Positions 1-14,700 of a stretch of DNA of 64,000 bases are shown here, one piece after another. How positions within the stretch are numbered: position 1 is the stretch's first letter; every line of letters starts with the position of its first letter. A program made the position numbers and the translations under genes. The stretch comes from Ophelia neglecta (Eukaryota), in contig OZ260661.1 of NCBI GenBank assembly GCA_965285935.1, positions 35,340,001 to 35,404,000 on the forward strand. Direction: 5' to 3'. The notes under the pieces were generated by a model. The model made no database searches and was not told the origin of the DNA. It worked only from the letters and a program-made list of their open reading frames with translations.

Positions 1-2783
1 CTGAATTTATCATCAAATAAAAACAGGAGTTGAAACCCGGCAGATTAAACAAAATAACCCATAACCCCACAAACATATATCGCCACTTCCCTAGCAGAAT
101 ATAAAAATACCAAAGAAAATAATCGGGAAATATTTAAAATTGATAGTTTTAGCAAAGAGAAGTTGTCGACTCTATCTTAAAGTCAAATTACCTTTCCCAG
201 CATCTTACAGTGCAAGATCTGATGCAAATAAGTCCTCAGAGTATATTGTAGAACATAATAGGCTTGACAATACAAATGTTGTGCTTGTCTAAAAAAGTAT
301 CTACAATCAGAAAACTAAGCTTCGGAATCCTTACATATTTACACATTTCCATGTTATGATTTTGTATAATTCTTTTCATACATTTTATCATTGTATATTC
401 ATTTAACCAATCGGATGTTAGATTCATCATTTTTATACATTGAGTTTAATATATAGGTAAAAACCACATTAAACAGATCTTTGATATATATACCCTTCCT
501 TTACACCAGTTATTATAAAGAAGACAAGTTTTATCATACTTAAAATGGTATTACCCCAGATATGTGACACTAACAAGTCATATGTATTCATGGTTAAGAA
601 GTGAATGTGAACCTTTCTACGCTGGCTGGTTAAATGCGCATACAGCATCAATAAAAAAGTTTTGCAAACAAACTAAACATTTATATTATCTTTACGTGCC
701 ACATCACCTTGAATCAAGTAATCAATACTACTAGAGTGTTTCTTTTAGATAGTTATTAACAATATTTTGCAAAGCAGAATAGTTAAAATTAATATACTTC
801 AAATCCCTGAAGCTTTTAGCGGTATGATTTTAGCAGGTGACAACTTTCGTAATCCCCGATCATAGTTCTTCTTTTAATGCGATCTTTTTATTCCGCAAAT
901 AGTTAAATAGCAACGTTTGAAACTTGTTGATGACACCTTGTGGTGTATCTAAGATATTTCATGCATATGTAATTTGGAATATTGCAAAAGTTATAATGAT
1001 ACAGAGTTTGCCTTTAAGTGATAACTATCTAGACTTCCAGATGTTCCGATACATCACTTTTTTCAACATTTACTCGTCCAATTTTGTTCGTGACAATCAA
1101 TGTAGTCATGTCCGATATAGATACCCAAAGATTTAACACCTTTAGTAGTAAATGTGTTGACTAATAATACTTGTGTTTAATGAACCTGCCTAATTAAACC
1201 ATCTGGACACTTAGTATCAAGTGTGAAATCACATTTTGAAGTCTCTTAGCTAAAACGGGCTATAACATTGTCATCATAATTTGTTAGACATGTTGGTATT
1301 TAGTACGTCTATTGTATAAGAAATGATTTGTTATTCCTTATATCTACTTGAAAGAACTTCTCAATATCATTGAGAAAAAAAGACTCACATTATTAAACAA
1401 GGCGTTTCGAAATACATGGCTCCCACCTATTGACATGGATAATAAACAAGTTTGTTGGTCTATTCACTTCCGACATAATCGAATGGAAAAAAAGTACAAA
1501 CAAATAAAGGTTGTAATTATCTCCGAAATGTATAGAAATGCAAAGAAGGAAACTAGGTTTCAATCCCTCCCCCTCCCCTCCCCCCTCTCCTTCTACCCGT
1601 AACCGTTTGCAAACAATACACAAATACAAAGCAACCTTTGTTCTCCTACACAAACAGCAAGGCTGCCGGACAACCTCAAGACCCAATACATACCCCTTTT
1701 ATTTTTAAAAAAATGTTGGGGGCAAGAATTAGTAGTAACCTGTAACCGAATTGTATAATGTCGGTGTGCACTGCTTCCTACTTTCGCCCCTAGGAAAAAA
1801 TGAAGGCAGTTTTTGTGTTTTTTACATTAATTATAATTTATTAATGTTTAACAATAAATGTACTTTATGTACAGTGTGACAAATGGTTGTACACTGTGAT
1901 ACACATACTTAACATGTTGTGGTTTACATTATAATTACACAGTACCTAATCGTCAACAAATAGCATAGCAATCACATTTTGAGCTATAGTAAACTGTATT
2001 CATTTGATCCTGAAGCCAATTCGATTTATATTCCACGATTTCCTTTTATATAATTATGTACACCTCTATTAATATATCACAAATTGCACTGCTTTTTGTA
2101 AACGATGTATATATTTGATTAAAACATCTACCATTCCATTGATAACCCGTTGAAATAAGTCATGTATAATAAACACAATGTAGATGAGAAAGCTATTTGC
2201 TTACAACATTCCAGCCATGTTTAATAAAATTAAGCAATAGTAAGAAATCACCTAAGAAAGGGAAACATTTTAAATATGATTTAAAACGGACACGGATTTG
2301 AGGATCAAGGTACCCTAAAATCGAGTTTTTAATTGAAAGAACCTTGCAATAAAAATTGACATATCACAAATTGTAAGTATGATGCACTGAGCTCCCTATC
2401 CTATTTTGCATTGACTGAAGCACAGATGTATTGTTCAACTAGTTCTGCATCAGGAGTTGCAAAACGAAAGCACAAATGAGATAATTTAACACTCTTACCA
2501 CCTGATTGATACTAAGTATTTGTTGTAGAAGTGTAAATCTTTTTGTATCATTTTACTTTATCAATGAAGCACTTCACCGCACATATCCTATATTAGTTCC
2601 GATTGTGACATAACCCGTTTTTTGGAATATGCCGGCACCTCATGGTGCATATACAGTCCAAGACAACTATAAGGAAGTGCTTCGCGTTAAGTATAATATA
2701 CCTAGTGTTAGTATCGTTATTTCCATTGTAGAGATATACACACAATGCGATTATATTACAAGTCCTATCTACGGGTTTATTCT

Positions 2784-5700
2784 TCACGTGTCGGAGGATG
2801 TTTCCCATCCCTGAAAAATGATAAGATCATAAGATATACAATGAAGCCCAAGGAATTTGGAACTAACTTTGATTTATGTAGGACTTGAGCCCATAGTTCG
2901 TTTTAAAAATATCTATTTTACTGAGGATATCAGATACAAGTGATTATCTTAAGCATTATTGAGGATGAACATGTTCATGCTTTCGTCGGGGATTTAAGCA
3001 GTAATACTACTAACCCATTCTCCAGGAATCATGGCAGGTGGCGCACTAGGTGTTCTTGGTCCGAAAAAACGATCCGCGCTATACCCATCGTTTAGATAAC
3101 CTCCGTAACTACTGTAAGGCAAAGTAGTGTACATAGTAAATAAAATGATTTAAATGACGCCAATTAGTTATGATCAAATTTAACTAGATGCATTTGAGAC
3201 ACATGCTAACGTACGAGGGTTCAAAACGGTTTTAAAATTGCACCGTTCGTCAAATGAATCAATACTTGCATGTTTTCGATAAATAACAATTAATTCCTTA
3301 AATATAAGACATATTCATCAGTAGAAAAATAAGCTAACCTGAAGCCGTGTCCGTAGGCTTGCCCGGTGAGATTATAGCGTTGGGACCGAGGAGCTGCTGG
3401 GATATAAGGAGCTGTGCCGCGGTGAAGACCCCCACCATATTGTGTCTCAGTGGGCACCCCAAAGCCGACGTTATCGACCCCGTAGTTATCAACCCCCCCG
3501 GACCGCCGGACCGCCGCGAATTGTCGGATACGTGGCCAATCCTGGAAACAGAGACAAAAAACCATTAATAGGCTACCAATCCAAGTACATGCCTCTTTTG
3601 CTAATTACATTTTTTTTTCTTCTGATTCATTAAGCAAGTTATAATGCAGGTTATTAAGACCCAGTTGGCTTTGGTGAAACAAATTGTTGTAAGTTTTGAC
3701 ATTTCTTAATATAAGCTTATATACATTTCTGTAAATTAATTACTAGTTATATTTTTATCTTCATAAAATGCAAAATAAAAAAAATACTAAAAGAAGAAGG
3801 CTATGCACTTCAGTGGCGGATCCAGGATTTCAGGAAGGGGGGGGGGGAGGGCAAAATTGTCCAAGGCTGACAAGGCAAATGTATGGATTGTCCCCCCGTT
3901 ACCAACCCCCTTGAAAGAACCTTGCGTGGGTCCAGAAATAGTCCCTGGTCCAGGCCCACTTTTTGGCGCCCCCACCCTCCCCTAAATCCGCCACTGGACT
4001 TCATAGAAAGAGATGTCACTTACGATGGGCGGTGCCCGGTCAACTGCGGAACGTATCACTCTCATTCTTTCGTCGTCCCGATTCCGGTAAGTATTATATC
4101 CGTTGCCAGGCAGCTTATTCATGCTGGCCCCATCCTGCCAAACCAAAAGACCTGGTCGTGGAAAGGAGAACGGCTGAAAGGTGGACGCGTTCGAGTACGA
4201 GTCCGTGTCGTCAGACGACACCGCGCTGCTTGTGCCACGCGAACGATACCTAGAGGAAAGAAAATTCAATTGTGACTTAGGTGCGAACAGCAACTATACT
4301 ACTAGGAGATAACAACAATTATTCTACTAGGTTAACACAGCAATTGTATCAAAGCAATTATATCAAAGCATTCATCTATAGATCTAACATCCAAGCCGGT
4401 TGAATCTATTGAGTAGGCATTATAATAATGCTCAGTTTGTTCAGTTCGTTAACTGCTTATTTATAAACTAACCCTGTATAGAAGCTGCGACAGCACATAA
4501 CCAGGATGACGGTGAGTACGAGAGCTAGCACGCAGCAGACGATAATCAGGATGAGGGCCCATTGCGGCAAACCTACAAAGTTAAAATACATACATTGTTC
4601 ATGTTAAGTCACATGTATGACTGTGCAGCGGAGCTTGTAGCAAACTACCGTGAGGCCGGGGCAATGAACCTACGGCCACCGGCGTTACCGGGTGGAAACG
4701 CAGTTTGCTGTTACGCCGTTCGCTGTAACGACGTTTGCTGAAGTAACATTGCTCTGGCCGCAAAGTAATACACCTTGCCCAAATTTCCATTGCACCACAG
4801 CGTTTGTAGCCTATATGATGGTTTTAAAAGGTGCATAACAATCCAGGAATATTGCATGACAAGCCAGTGAGTTGGTAGTTTACTTTAACAATTTAGGCAC
4901 ACGAGAGCAATGTAAATACATTATGGTCAACGTGCTGTGACGACTGCACAGCCATTAATGAAGCTTAATGTTAACCAATACATTGTATTATAAATGTATT
5001 ATAAAGCTATAACGTGTACACATAATAGGACATACCAGTGTTTTCGTCTTTATCGAAGGTGAAGGTGGTCAAATTAGTGTCCACCGTGAAGGTTAGCAGG
5101 CCAAGCTCATAAGCCTCGTTTAAGACCGTCTCCAGCACGGTCTCATTAACGGGGGAGCTCAATGTCAGGATGAAATCTGTCACAATGCCGCCGGAGGTGA
5201 ACGACAGTGAATTCACACTGACAAAAACTGGTTTGATACGCTCGTCGCATCCGTAAACTCGTTCCAACTGACAAAAAATATAGTGTATAATACGTGATGA
5301 CTTCGTAAGTAGCATGCCTATTACACTAATGCCACCTGGCGAGTGAAATTACCACCAATTAGCCAAGAAGTAGACACTTAACTGAGACGAATAAACACAA
5401 AAATCTACCAACAGCAGGTGTGACACGTGCTACTTAGGGCCTACATAGAATTACTATCGTGATTAGTAAAGAGATTTACATGAGATTTTATATAACAAGT
5501 TACCTGCGGGAAAAGCTCCACGAATAATTTTCTATATGGGAAGCTATTGATATCCGTCAACTCTACCACAAATTCTCGGTCGGGGATGGTAAAACGCCCT
5601 CTGTAGTCGTATGTAAAAGTGTAGTTCACCGGAGTAACGCTGGTACACAACGCTAAAAATAAGCAGATGACAATCAATAGAAATAAGATAAAAAAGGAGA

Positions 5701-8700
5701 AGGTCAAAGTCATATGAAACTACACTTAAGACACAAGTAAAAACGGATTCCAGAAATCTAATGAATATTACGATAGGTCAATAAGACCTTGAAGTATTTG
5801 TAAATTAAGATAATATCGATGTGATATGCCCAAAATGATTCGATTTCAAGCGAGCGAAGGCTCATTTTAGGAGGAATTTCATACTTATCTGATGATTTTG
5901 CATTATATGGTACAATGTTTAGTAGTTTACATTAGTTATAACACCATAGTGCTACGATAGGCGATATTAAAGTAGTATTACATGGTTGAGTGGTTAACTC
6001 AGTGGTGGTGGCTGCAGTGGTGGCAGTGGTGGTTGGTATGGGCTCTTGGCAGTTGATTCCAATCCACTGGTCAGTGCATGTACATCGGTACTGGTTCTCA
6101 CGGTTTACACACGTGCCACCGTTCTGACACGGGCTGGAGTCGCACTCATTTATATCTGAAATAAAACACGAACTCTGCAGGATATATTGCGGAAGGGCAT
6201 GGGCGGCCTGCATGAAAAAAAGTGGATGGTTGGGTCATCTTCCTTCCCACGAACGGAAAACCTCCAGGATAAATTATTTAAAAGCCATTCTCTCCCGAAG
6301 CTTGGAGAAGCCGTTCCGTGGCAAACCCTTCGATTCATCCCATCCCAACCTATTAATGGTAAGTACCCAAAATAAAGTACAATTAAATTCATGAAAAAAC
6401 GACGCTACTGACTATGTTAGAATGGATCTATGTCAGTGACCGGCCAACGGGAGAGAGTTATTGAACAAGATGGCTCGTTATTAAACATTTAACATTTTTG
6501 GAATGGTCTGCGCTCTCTTCGAAGGAAACACACCAACACTCACCGCTCTGGCAGTATTAAAAATTAACATTTTCGAACGATAAATAGGAGACAGTCTTTA
6601 TAGACACCAGGTGAACAAACGGTGTGATCAGTAGAATACATAGGAAAATAATTGACCAGGCAGAAGATCTGTCTGAAAATTCATACACAAATTACGGCAC
6701 GCTAATCATTTCAGAATCAATCGCATTTATCGCCAATTTCTTGGAGCTAATGGGGAGGGGGGTCTTGCCATTTATCCAGTGTTTTGCACAAACCTCCCCT
6801 AATTAAAATAACGAAGAGAATCATTCTTCCATGATGATTAGAGCCAAAATTGTAACATAAAAAGTGGAAAAATAAGCAATAATAATCGGAACAAACAATG
6901 CTTTTTCTCCTTTTAAAAGTATACGCGAACATTTACTTACCATTTTCGCAGTGAGGCCCGTCATATCCGCCTGCGCATGTGCAGTTGTAAGCGTTTATTA
7001 AGTCGTTACACTCGCCGTTGTTGATACAAGGGTTACTTTCACACTCGTTTGTTTCTGTGGGATAAGGCATTCACATTAGGAAATGTTGTGATATCATCAA
7101 AAACAGAAATTAATAATCAGAGTTATTATTTTCTACAGAAAAAAATCCTATTCAAAGAAAGCTACAACAATTAGAAGTCGTCGAAGAAATTATTATAAAT
7201 AAGTATATTGTCTTTCTATTAGGTTACTCTGAATAAATGCCTAGTAGTATGATTGTTTCATTACCAACGCAAGTAGTGAAGGCGGAGTTTTCATAGCCCT
7301 GATCGCACTCACAACGGTAGGAACCGGCCACGTTGACGCATGTGACCACATCGCCGACACAGGGATTCGTTAGGCATTCGTCTAAATCGTCCCTGTGCAA
7401 ATCAGACAAAACTAATTATTTAAAAGCAACATTAAAAGGTGTAGGAGGTCGGAATTTTAAAAAATCTGCATATTTTGACGGATTTGGGTAAAATGACTGA
7501 AAGAGAATGGATGAGTCAAAATTAGAAGTATATTCATTTCGAGTATACACTTTTCATGATTAGAAGTCACATTTAGGTCTAGGAGCTGAACTGGCCTTGA
7601 GAGGTCATCAAATTAGATGGCACTGATTATTAAATCTGTGATTGAGGAAATGCCTTCTATACTTTGTGCTTCTTGTACAAAAAGAATCGATGTTAATATA
7701 AGACTCACGTGCAGCTTCCCCCAGTAAATCCGACTGTACACTGTTCACAGCCGTAGGTAATGTTACAGCCCGTCTCCACCCCACACGTACACTCATTGAG
7801 ACAGCCTTCTCCCCATAGACCATCCTCGCAGGCTGAAAATGAAATAAGGTACCGTTGGGATTTTTCTAAGCATGTTAGGCCGAATGGGTTAAGAAAACGT
7901 CGTTGATAGATTCAATAAAGTACTACTCTTGTCGCTTTTCTTCGGGAAACAACTGAATTGTTCAACCTGTGATAATCTTCACAACAGAGGAAGATGAGTT
8001 AAGGTAGATGACCGTGAACTTAGATTGACTAAGTGGTTTGAAAATAACGACCATTTTCGGAGAAATCTCTTTGATTTTTGGTATGATAGGAGATGTCTTC
8101 TTCTTCGGCAGAGCTTGATCCCGCCCATCGAGGAGCTGACACAATGGCAGCATCTCCCCCAACTAACTCAAATGTTTTCCCTTTCCCCGAATTCTTCCCT
8201 AAAATTGTTCTATTCAACAGCAGCTCTCACCTTGACAGAGGCGTCCGTCTGATTGCAGGGTGTACCCGACGTCACAGGAACAGGAATAAGTACCAACCTC
8301 ATTCTGGCAGTTATCTGGCTGACTACACAGGTTCAGGGCCGCATCCCCACATTCATCCACATCTGTATTAAGCATCGTATCAAATGTTACTACATAACAC
8401 CAACATTCTGCATAGCAGTATAATTAGATTTGTATCATAATTAGTCGGACCTTCTACGATAAATAAATTATTATATAACCCTTCGTGATTATTATTTTTA
8501 ATCGGGAGCCTGCATGCATAATGATTTGTACAGAAAGATGCACACTTTTCCGTTCAAAAGGATCACGGTATGCAGGGTATAGTATTGAGGACGCCATCTT
8601 TTATCACATTCAAGCTCCTGCCTTCTTGGGGCTTCGAGGAGTGTCTTAGAAAATGTCACATATATGGTATAAACAAGTCCCCTACCTTGGCACGTTTGTA

Positions 8701-11700
8701 AGTCCGAGGCCAGTTCATAACCCCTAGGGCAGAAACACAAAACCACGCCTGTGCTGTTGGAACATCCATTGGTGCAGTTGAGACCCGCTCTTTCGCACGT
8801 GTTAGCAACTAAACAAGGAACATTGAATGAGTTTTTAACATACATTTTTATGGGGTAGGCCTATCTTTTGTAATTCTAGTGACTCGTTAGCGTCGTGTAT
8901 CCAATAAGCCAATCTCCGTAACCAGCAACACGTTAGATACTGGTAATACGAGACAGCTGAAACACTAACTAATGAAATTCGTACTTCTAAACCTACATCA
9001 TTTAGTCTGATAAACGATATTGTGACTTTACCCTGTCACGCAGAATCATAGTTTAGACAACAGAAATAAGGCATGAATACAAAAAAAGGTAAAGAAATTG
9101 TGTTTTGTTTGTGTTATCTGAGAACAGAATGAGTTTGGCTTGTTTGAAATATAAGATGGTTTTGCAATACGAAGTAGCATATCTGGACAATTGATCCCCC
9201 CCCCCCCCCCCTACCCTTGTTCATGACCTGACCTGTCTTTCTTTTCCCTATAAATGTTACGGGGAATCTTCCAGAAAAATTGGTTCTGATCACAATCCTA
9301 AGCATCCCCTAACATTGCTACGTGTTCATGTACAAAAGTTCACTATCAGTAGTATAGGAGAGTTGATTGTCTTACTGTCAGTACAGGTGCGGTTGTCTGT
9401 GTTGAGGTCGTAACCGTCCAGACAGGAGCAGACGTAGCCTCCTGGCACATTATTACACATCTGCTGGCAGTCGTCAAGGCGGGAAACGCATTCATCAATG
9501 TCTGAACAAAGAAACACGAAATAAAGAATAACTGGTGAAACTAATAAAAATACTAACATGCGATTACATTCCCAGACATGTGTATAATTTCAGCAACTTG
9601 TCTCTGTTAGTGTAGCATAATTTATTTTCTTCCCAGTTTTTCTCACACCTTCATCTTCCCAGAACGAGTTATCAGTTATACACCTGATATGAATGTTTGT
9701 TTAGAAGGCAAAAAATCGAGGCTGCCAAGAAACCCCGTATTTGCTTCGATGACCGATACTTGCATTTATTTATTTTATAATCGAGGTAACCTCCTAACGC
9801 CCGATGTTGTCGAGGTCAGTACAATTGTTTCCATGGAGGCAAGGAGTCCCTCTTTATCAGTGGACCCAAGCTTGTGCGTCCAAATAACTATACATCTATC
9901 ATTAATTGTGAGTTGTGTCTTACCATCACAGGTATTGTTCGCCGCATTCCGTAGGTAGCCATCTTTGCAGAGACATTTGTAGGTCGCGGGCAGGTTGATG
10001 CATTCCTGATCACAAGGGGGCGTGATTGACGTACATTCGTTGGTGTCTAAAATGTATAGCAATGTCAATAAAATATCAAATTGATTCTCCTATAAAACGC
10101 ATCAGTTTAAGTTCCTAAAACCATCGAAGAACGATGATTTGGTAGATCCCATGTTATGCCTACTACGTGAGGCTAAAGTAACCGGACATTGAAAAAGGTA
10201 AACTGCACATGGACTACAATAAAGGTAAAAAGGAACTACAAAATGGAATACAGTTGAATTGATATATGCCAAATGTTACTCCCTTGAAGTTCCTTCTGGC
10301 TATTTCCGGTGAGGTAGGCTTGTTCACCTCTGTTAAATAATTTTATTAACGAGAAAGATATGTCAGGCTGCAAACTATGTTGCTCTACTCAATGGACCTA
10401 TCTAACTTGTGCATATATATGCTTTATTTGGGACATCAGCTGTTCTTACCTACACATGCCCTTTCATTGCCGAAGGTGTCCTCGTAATAACCAGGGGGAC
10501 AACCGGTGCAGTTATAGGCGATGTCATTCGCAATCTCCTCTTCGGGGGTGAGGTCTATGCAGTTTACCATACCCAGACATGGGTTGGTACCGCATCCGTC
10601 GAAGTCACTTTCGCAAAAGTTTCCTGCAATTAAATTGTAAATGAGGTGAATAACTTATAATATACTCAAATCGAAATATTATAATCCAGAAGATAATTTT
10701 CTAATTTTTAAATATTATAATCCAGACAACAGGCATGAAACCTGAAAACTCTTACCAATGGGGAAAGTTAACATTTTAAAACATTCAGGTGGGCCCTGAC
10801 TTGTTTATTCTTGATTCAAATCGTGCACAAGAAACATCTAACTATGACTCTATTCTTGATTCTAAATTTGTTGATAATGAAAAAGGTCATTTTTGTTTAT
10901 TTGAGCATAGCTTAAATTTACACGCATGATTATGAAGTTATACGGGAGCATACTTTGGCACACATTAACTCATAAAACCAGTGTGAGGTTTCAGAGAAGA
11001 ACTGTTTCCTGTCAAAAGCAGGAGAATAGGTATTCTTATTACATACCGTCCCACCCGGTATCACAGGCGCATTCTACGATCCGGAAGGCGCTAAGCGTTG
11101 ATAGGTCAAGGAACTCTCCAAACAGACATAAACCTTGATCCGAGCAGTTACAGAAAAGGACGTTAACGGTGAAGGAAGCTGCCACGCCGCCGCGGGAGTC
11201 ACGTGCTCCAAACCTGTCAACACAAAACAAAGATTAAACGTTGATGTCTCCATGATCACTTCAAATAAACAACACCTGGAGTAAGCTCTGTTAAATAGGT
11301 TCATGTTGTTTTTCGCGCGGACTTCAACTTATTATTTGACCCAGGAGATGAATACAGGTACTATTGCGCATTGCTTATAGGCCATACGAGCATAGTATTA
11401 TTCCGCGCAGCGAGTAGTACACTAGGTGTGAAATTAGGCTACTTGCGGCGCGGAAGAATGCGCAAAATTACCGTAATTACTTAAGTATGAGCAAATTCAA
11501 TCACACGTGATCAATTTTACAGCGCAATGGTTCTCAGACATGTATATTATGAATTTTTGCTCAACCTTATACGGACTGAATGGAATTAAATATTAATACA
11601 CTGTCGGGCTTTTAAACTCACGTCAGGTCAACCGAGTTCATATTGGTCGGTGTCCAAGTGAATACACCTGTCGTATTGTCAAAAGTGGCGCCGTCTGGTA

Positions 11701-14700
11701 GAGGGTCTGTCAGTGAGTAGAGGATGATCGAGTCGCCGTCTTCGTCCGACACGCTCACGGTGTACGTCTGCGTTTGGAGGGCGGTTACGTTCCACTCCAA
11801 GTCACCAGTGATAACCGGTCGGTTGTTGGCTGGAAAATAACAAACAATCAGAGAATACACCAAGTTTGAACAGTAATTGATCAATTTGATAAATACCTAG
11901 CCGTATGCGGTAGTTCAGAAATAAACATTGATAATATGATAGTACACCCTTATAAATAAAACAAACGTTGGCAAAAATTTGATGTGCATCACATGTTTAT
12001 TTTACGTACTACCGTCTTTTATTTAATTGTTTATAGTATTATAAGAAAAACATTGAATGTTTATACGCTTGATTTGCGCGATTTAACATTTATCTTACCT
12101 AATTCTTCTGCCACGACCGTGGTTTTATCGTCAAATGAAAGGGTTTCTAGTCCAACAACATTGTTTTCTGAAGTGAATTAGATCGCTTTCCTCAAAATAT
12201 TATTGCCAAGACAGTTTAAAATCACTAAAGCAAACGTAACGCCACACGCCGGATTTCGTAACAAGAATAAACAAACGTTTAAAGAAAAATACAAGATCGT
12301 TTTGTCTCTTGGTTAGAAGAAAGTTATGACATAGTAAACACTTACTTGTGACAATTGTATCAAATATACACTGCTCGTTGTTTTGGCAGGTATCTTGGAT
12401 AGTGCTCAAAGCACTCGTGTTAACAGAGGCCAGTGCAGCATCCGTAAAAATGGGAGTAAAAGCTAGGTTGGAGTAGGAAAGGAAATTGGTGCCGTCTTCA
12501 TACACCAGGAAAGACTCTGCCGCGGACCTGATCTTCCCTACACATTCAAATAAAATATTGCATTAATCTTTGATGGGAAAAAAATTATCGTTTTAAGAAA
12601 CATGATACAGGCACCTTTTTTTATGGCATGAACTAGGTATGGCGCCCGGGCATGGCGCCTGGCTCATGATCGACACAACATGCCATCTACCGCGTTTCAT
12701 GACAAGACGGGAAGAGACACGAGGCAGACAAAACCAGTTCATAAATCAAGAATATTGGACCAAATCGGTCTGAAATAATTAGGTTCCAGCAGCCACAGGC
12801 CCACATACATCAATCTCCAGCTCCCAAACAGTAAATAAGCGTACCATGCAAAACTTGTAACGTAAAATAATGTAATGAAAAAAAAATCTGAAAACATGAA
12901 TTTGAATTCGCCTGCAATAAGAGGTAATCAAAAGTTCCATAAACTGAGTCATTACACATAACGAACGCTCGCATATATGGGTGGGACAGAGATGAATATT
13001 CCCTTGGAAAGTCTGTGCTGTCTGAGCCCTCTCAAATTTAGAGACCCAACATGCAATTGTTTCATTAGGAGGTTCCCTGCATACAATTATATTTCTTGTT
13101 TAAACAATTTCTCTTATACATGATGACTTCTATTATGTGTATGATTTGCATAGTACGATAATATAGTAAGCATAGCATACGGGTATGTAAGGGAGTTACC
13201 CTATCCTGTGGTGTGGGAAGTGTTTTGGAGCTCAACCTGGAGTCTTTCCCATTTGAAACCTTCGCAGCCATGCTCTTTATAGTGGATTCTTTTTAGGAGG
13301 AAATACGGGAAGGTGGGGATTGGGTGGGGTGGGAGTGGGGGGATCACTCTCAATCGACTCTTTAATGTTGCTATTGATCCATATTTATATATATTTATAT
13401 CAATACTCGGGCCTTATCCATGACAAACATAACATTGACTTAAAAGGTTTGAAGGGCTTACAAGTTTGTCCGAAGTTATTAAAGATGTCGCTCTCCGAGG
13501 ACGTAGGGGCGAGGACGGTACCGTCGTAGGCGGTGAGATCGTCATTGGGGTCGCCATTAAATGCTCCGACCAGGCCAGCAGTCTGGTCCAGGAATTCCAG
13601 CGGCGTGTAGAGCGTAAAGTCCAGGATACCAGCAGTTTGCAGCGTGATTAACAATGAAAATCCTGTAATCAATATAGCAAATACTTGCGATTATACACTC
13701 GGGGTATGCCTTAAAGTTCAGAAATTAATGGGGTATTAATTTGGGTTATAATAGTTAGTATTATAGTCAGTATAGTTATGTCCGAAGTTTAACTGAACAG
13801 TTCAGGTTAGAATCAGATTCAGATTTCAGGTCACATTAAAATTGATAGTATGAAATGTATGTTAAATTACAATTAAAAGAAAGACATTTCTTCTATTTTA
13901 AATGCAACAGCCTGAAAGATTAATGCCATTGAAAGAGGAACAAACCGGTGAATGAGCTAATCCTCGTGAAGCATTATTTAGGATATAGGCCTACCTAATA
14001 AAGTAATCGAACAATGCAAAATAATAAGACTCTGATAGTTTATATTACCGGTTTCTGCAAACGAGAGCACGACAATGGACGAGGTTTCCTTGACGATGGT
14101 CACCTGATCCCCGTCGTACGTATCATCGTCGGCGGCGTCCACGAACCAATCTGTGATGTTTTGTGAGTTCAGAAATACCTCTAATCCTACTCGGAACAGA
14201 AAATGTCCATCCTTTAAACATGCGCTTATCAAAGCATTATTCAGCAAAGCTGCTCTGGCAATAAATGCTGCAATGATACCTTTTTGCAACACCTAATCTC
14301 AAAAAATTGACCTTCAAACAAGTCGCTTATACTCAAAACAAAATTGCATAGGCCTATAATCAAATAGGGAGTTTATTATTGAATGTGGTATCGGAATCAA
14401 CGTGGTGAGGAATCGGATACTAATGATATAAAGATTCTATTTACCTGTCCGCTGATCATTTAGCTGAACATGGACCGGATCAGACAAAGCCTCGCGTGCG
14501 GCAAAAGCACAGAATGCCGTAGCGTCTAGCAGATTTCCGTCTATGTCTTGCGCACGCGCAGTGCGACTTTGAACCGTAAAGTTGCTTCCTATGGTTGTGA
14601 GAAGGTAATACTCTCCCAGTCCGTTGAATGTAAATTCCAGCCGGTCGAGGGAGGTGATATGAGGATCACCAAAGAACCAAGCTATAACAGGACATCATGG

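Noticed and set aside
3787-4019. Recurring short ORFs with KANVWIVP / GPGP (also near 46839 and 60695)
   Set aside because: They are translations of the same non-coding MITE family, not a protein family.
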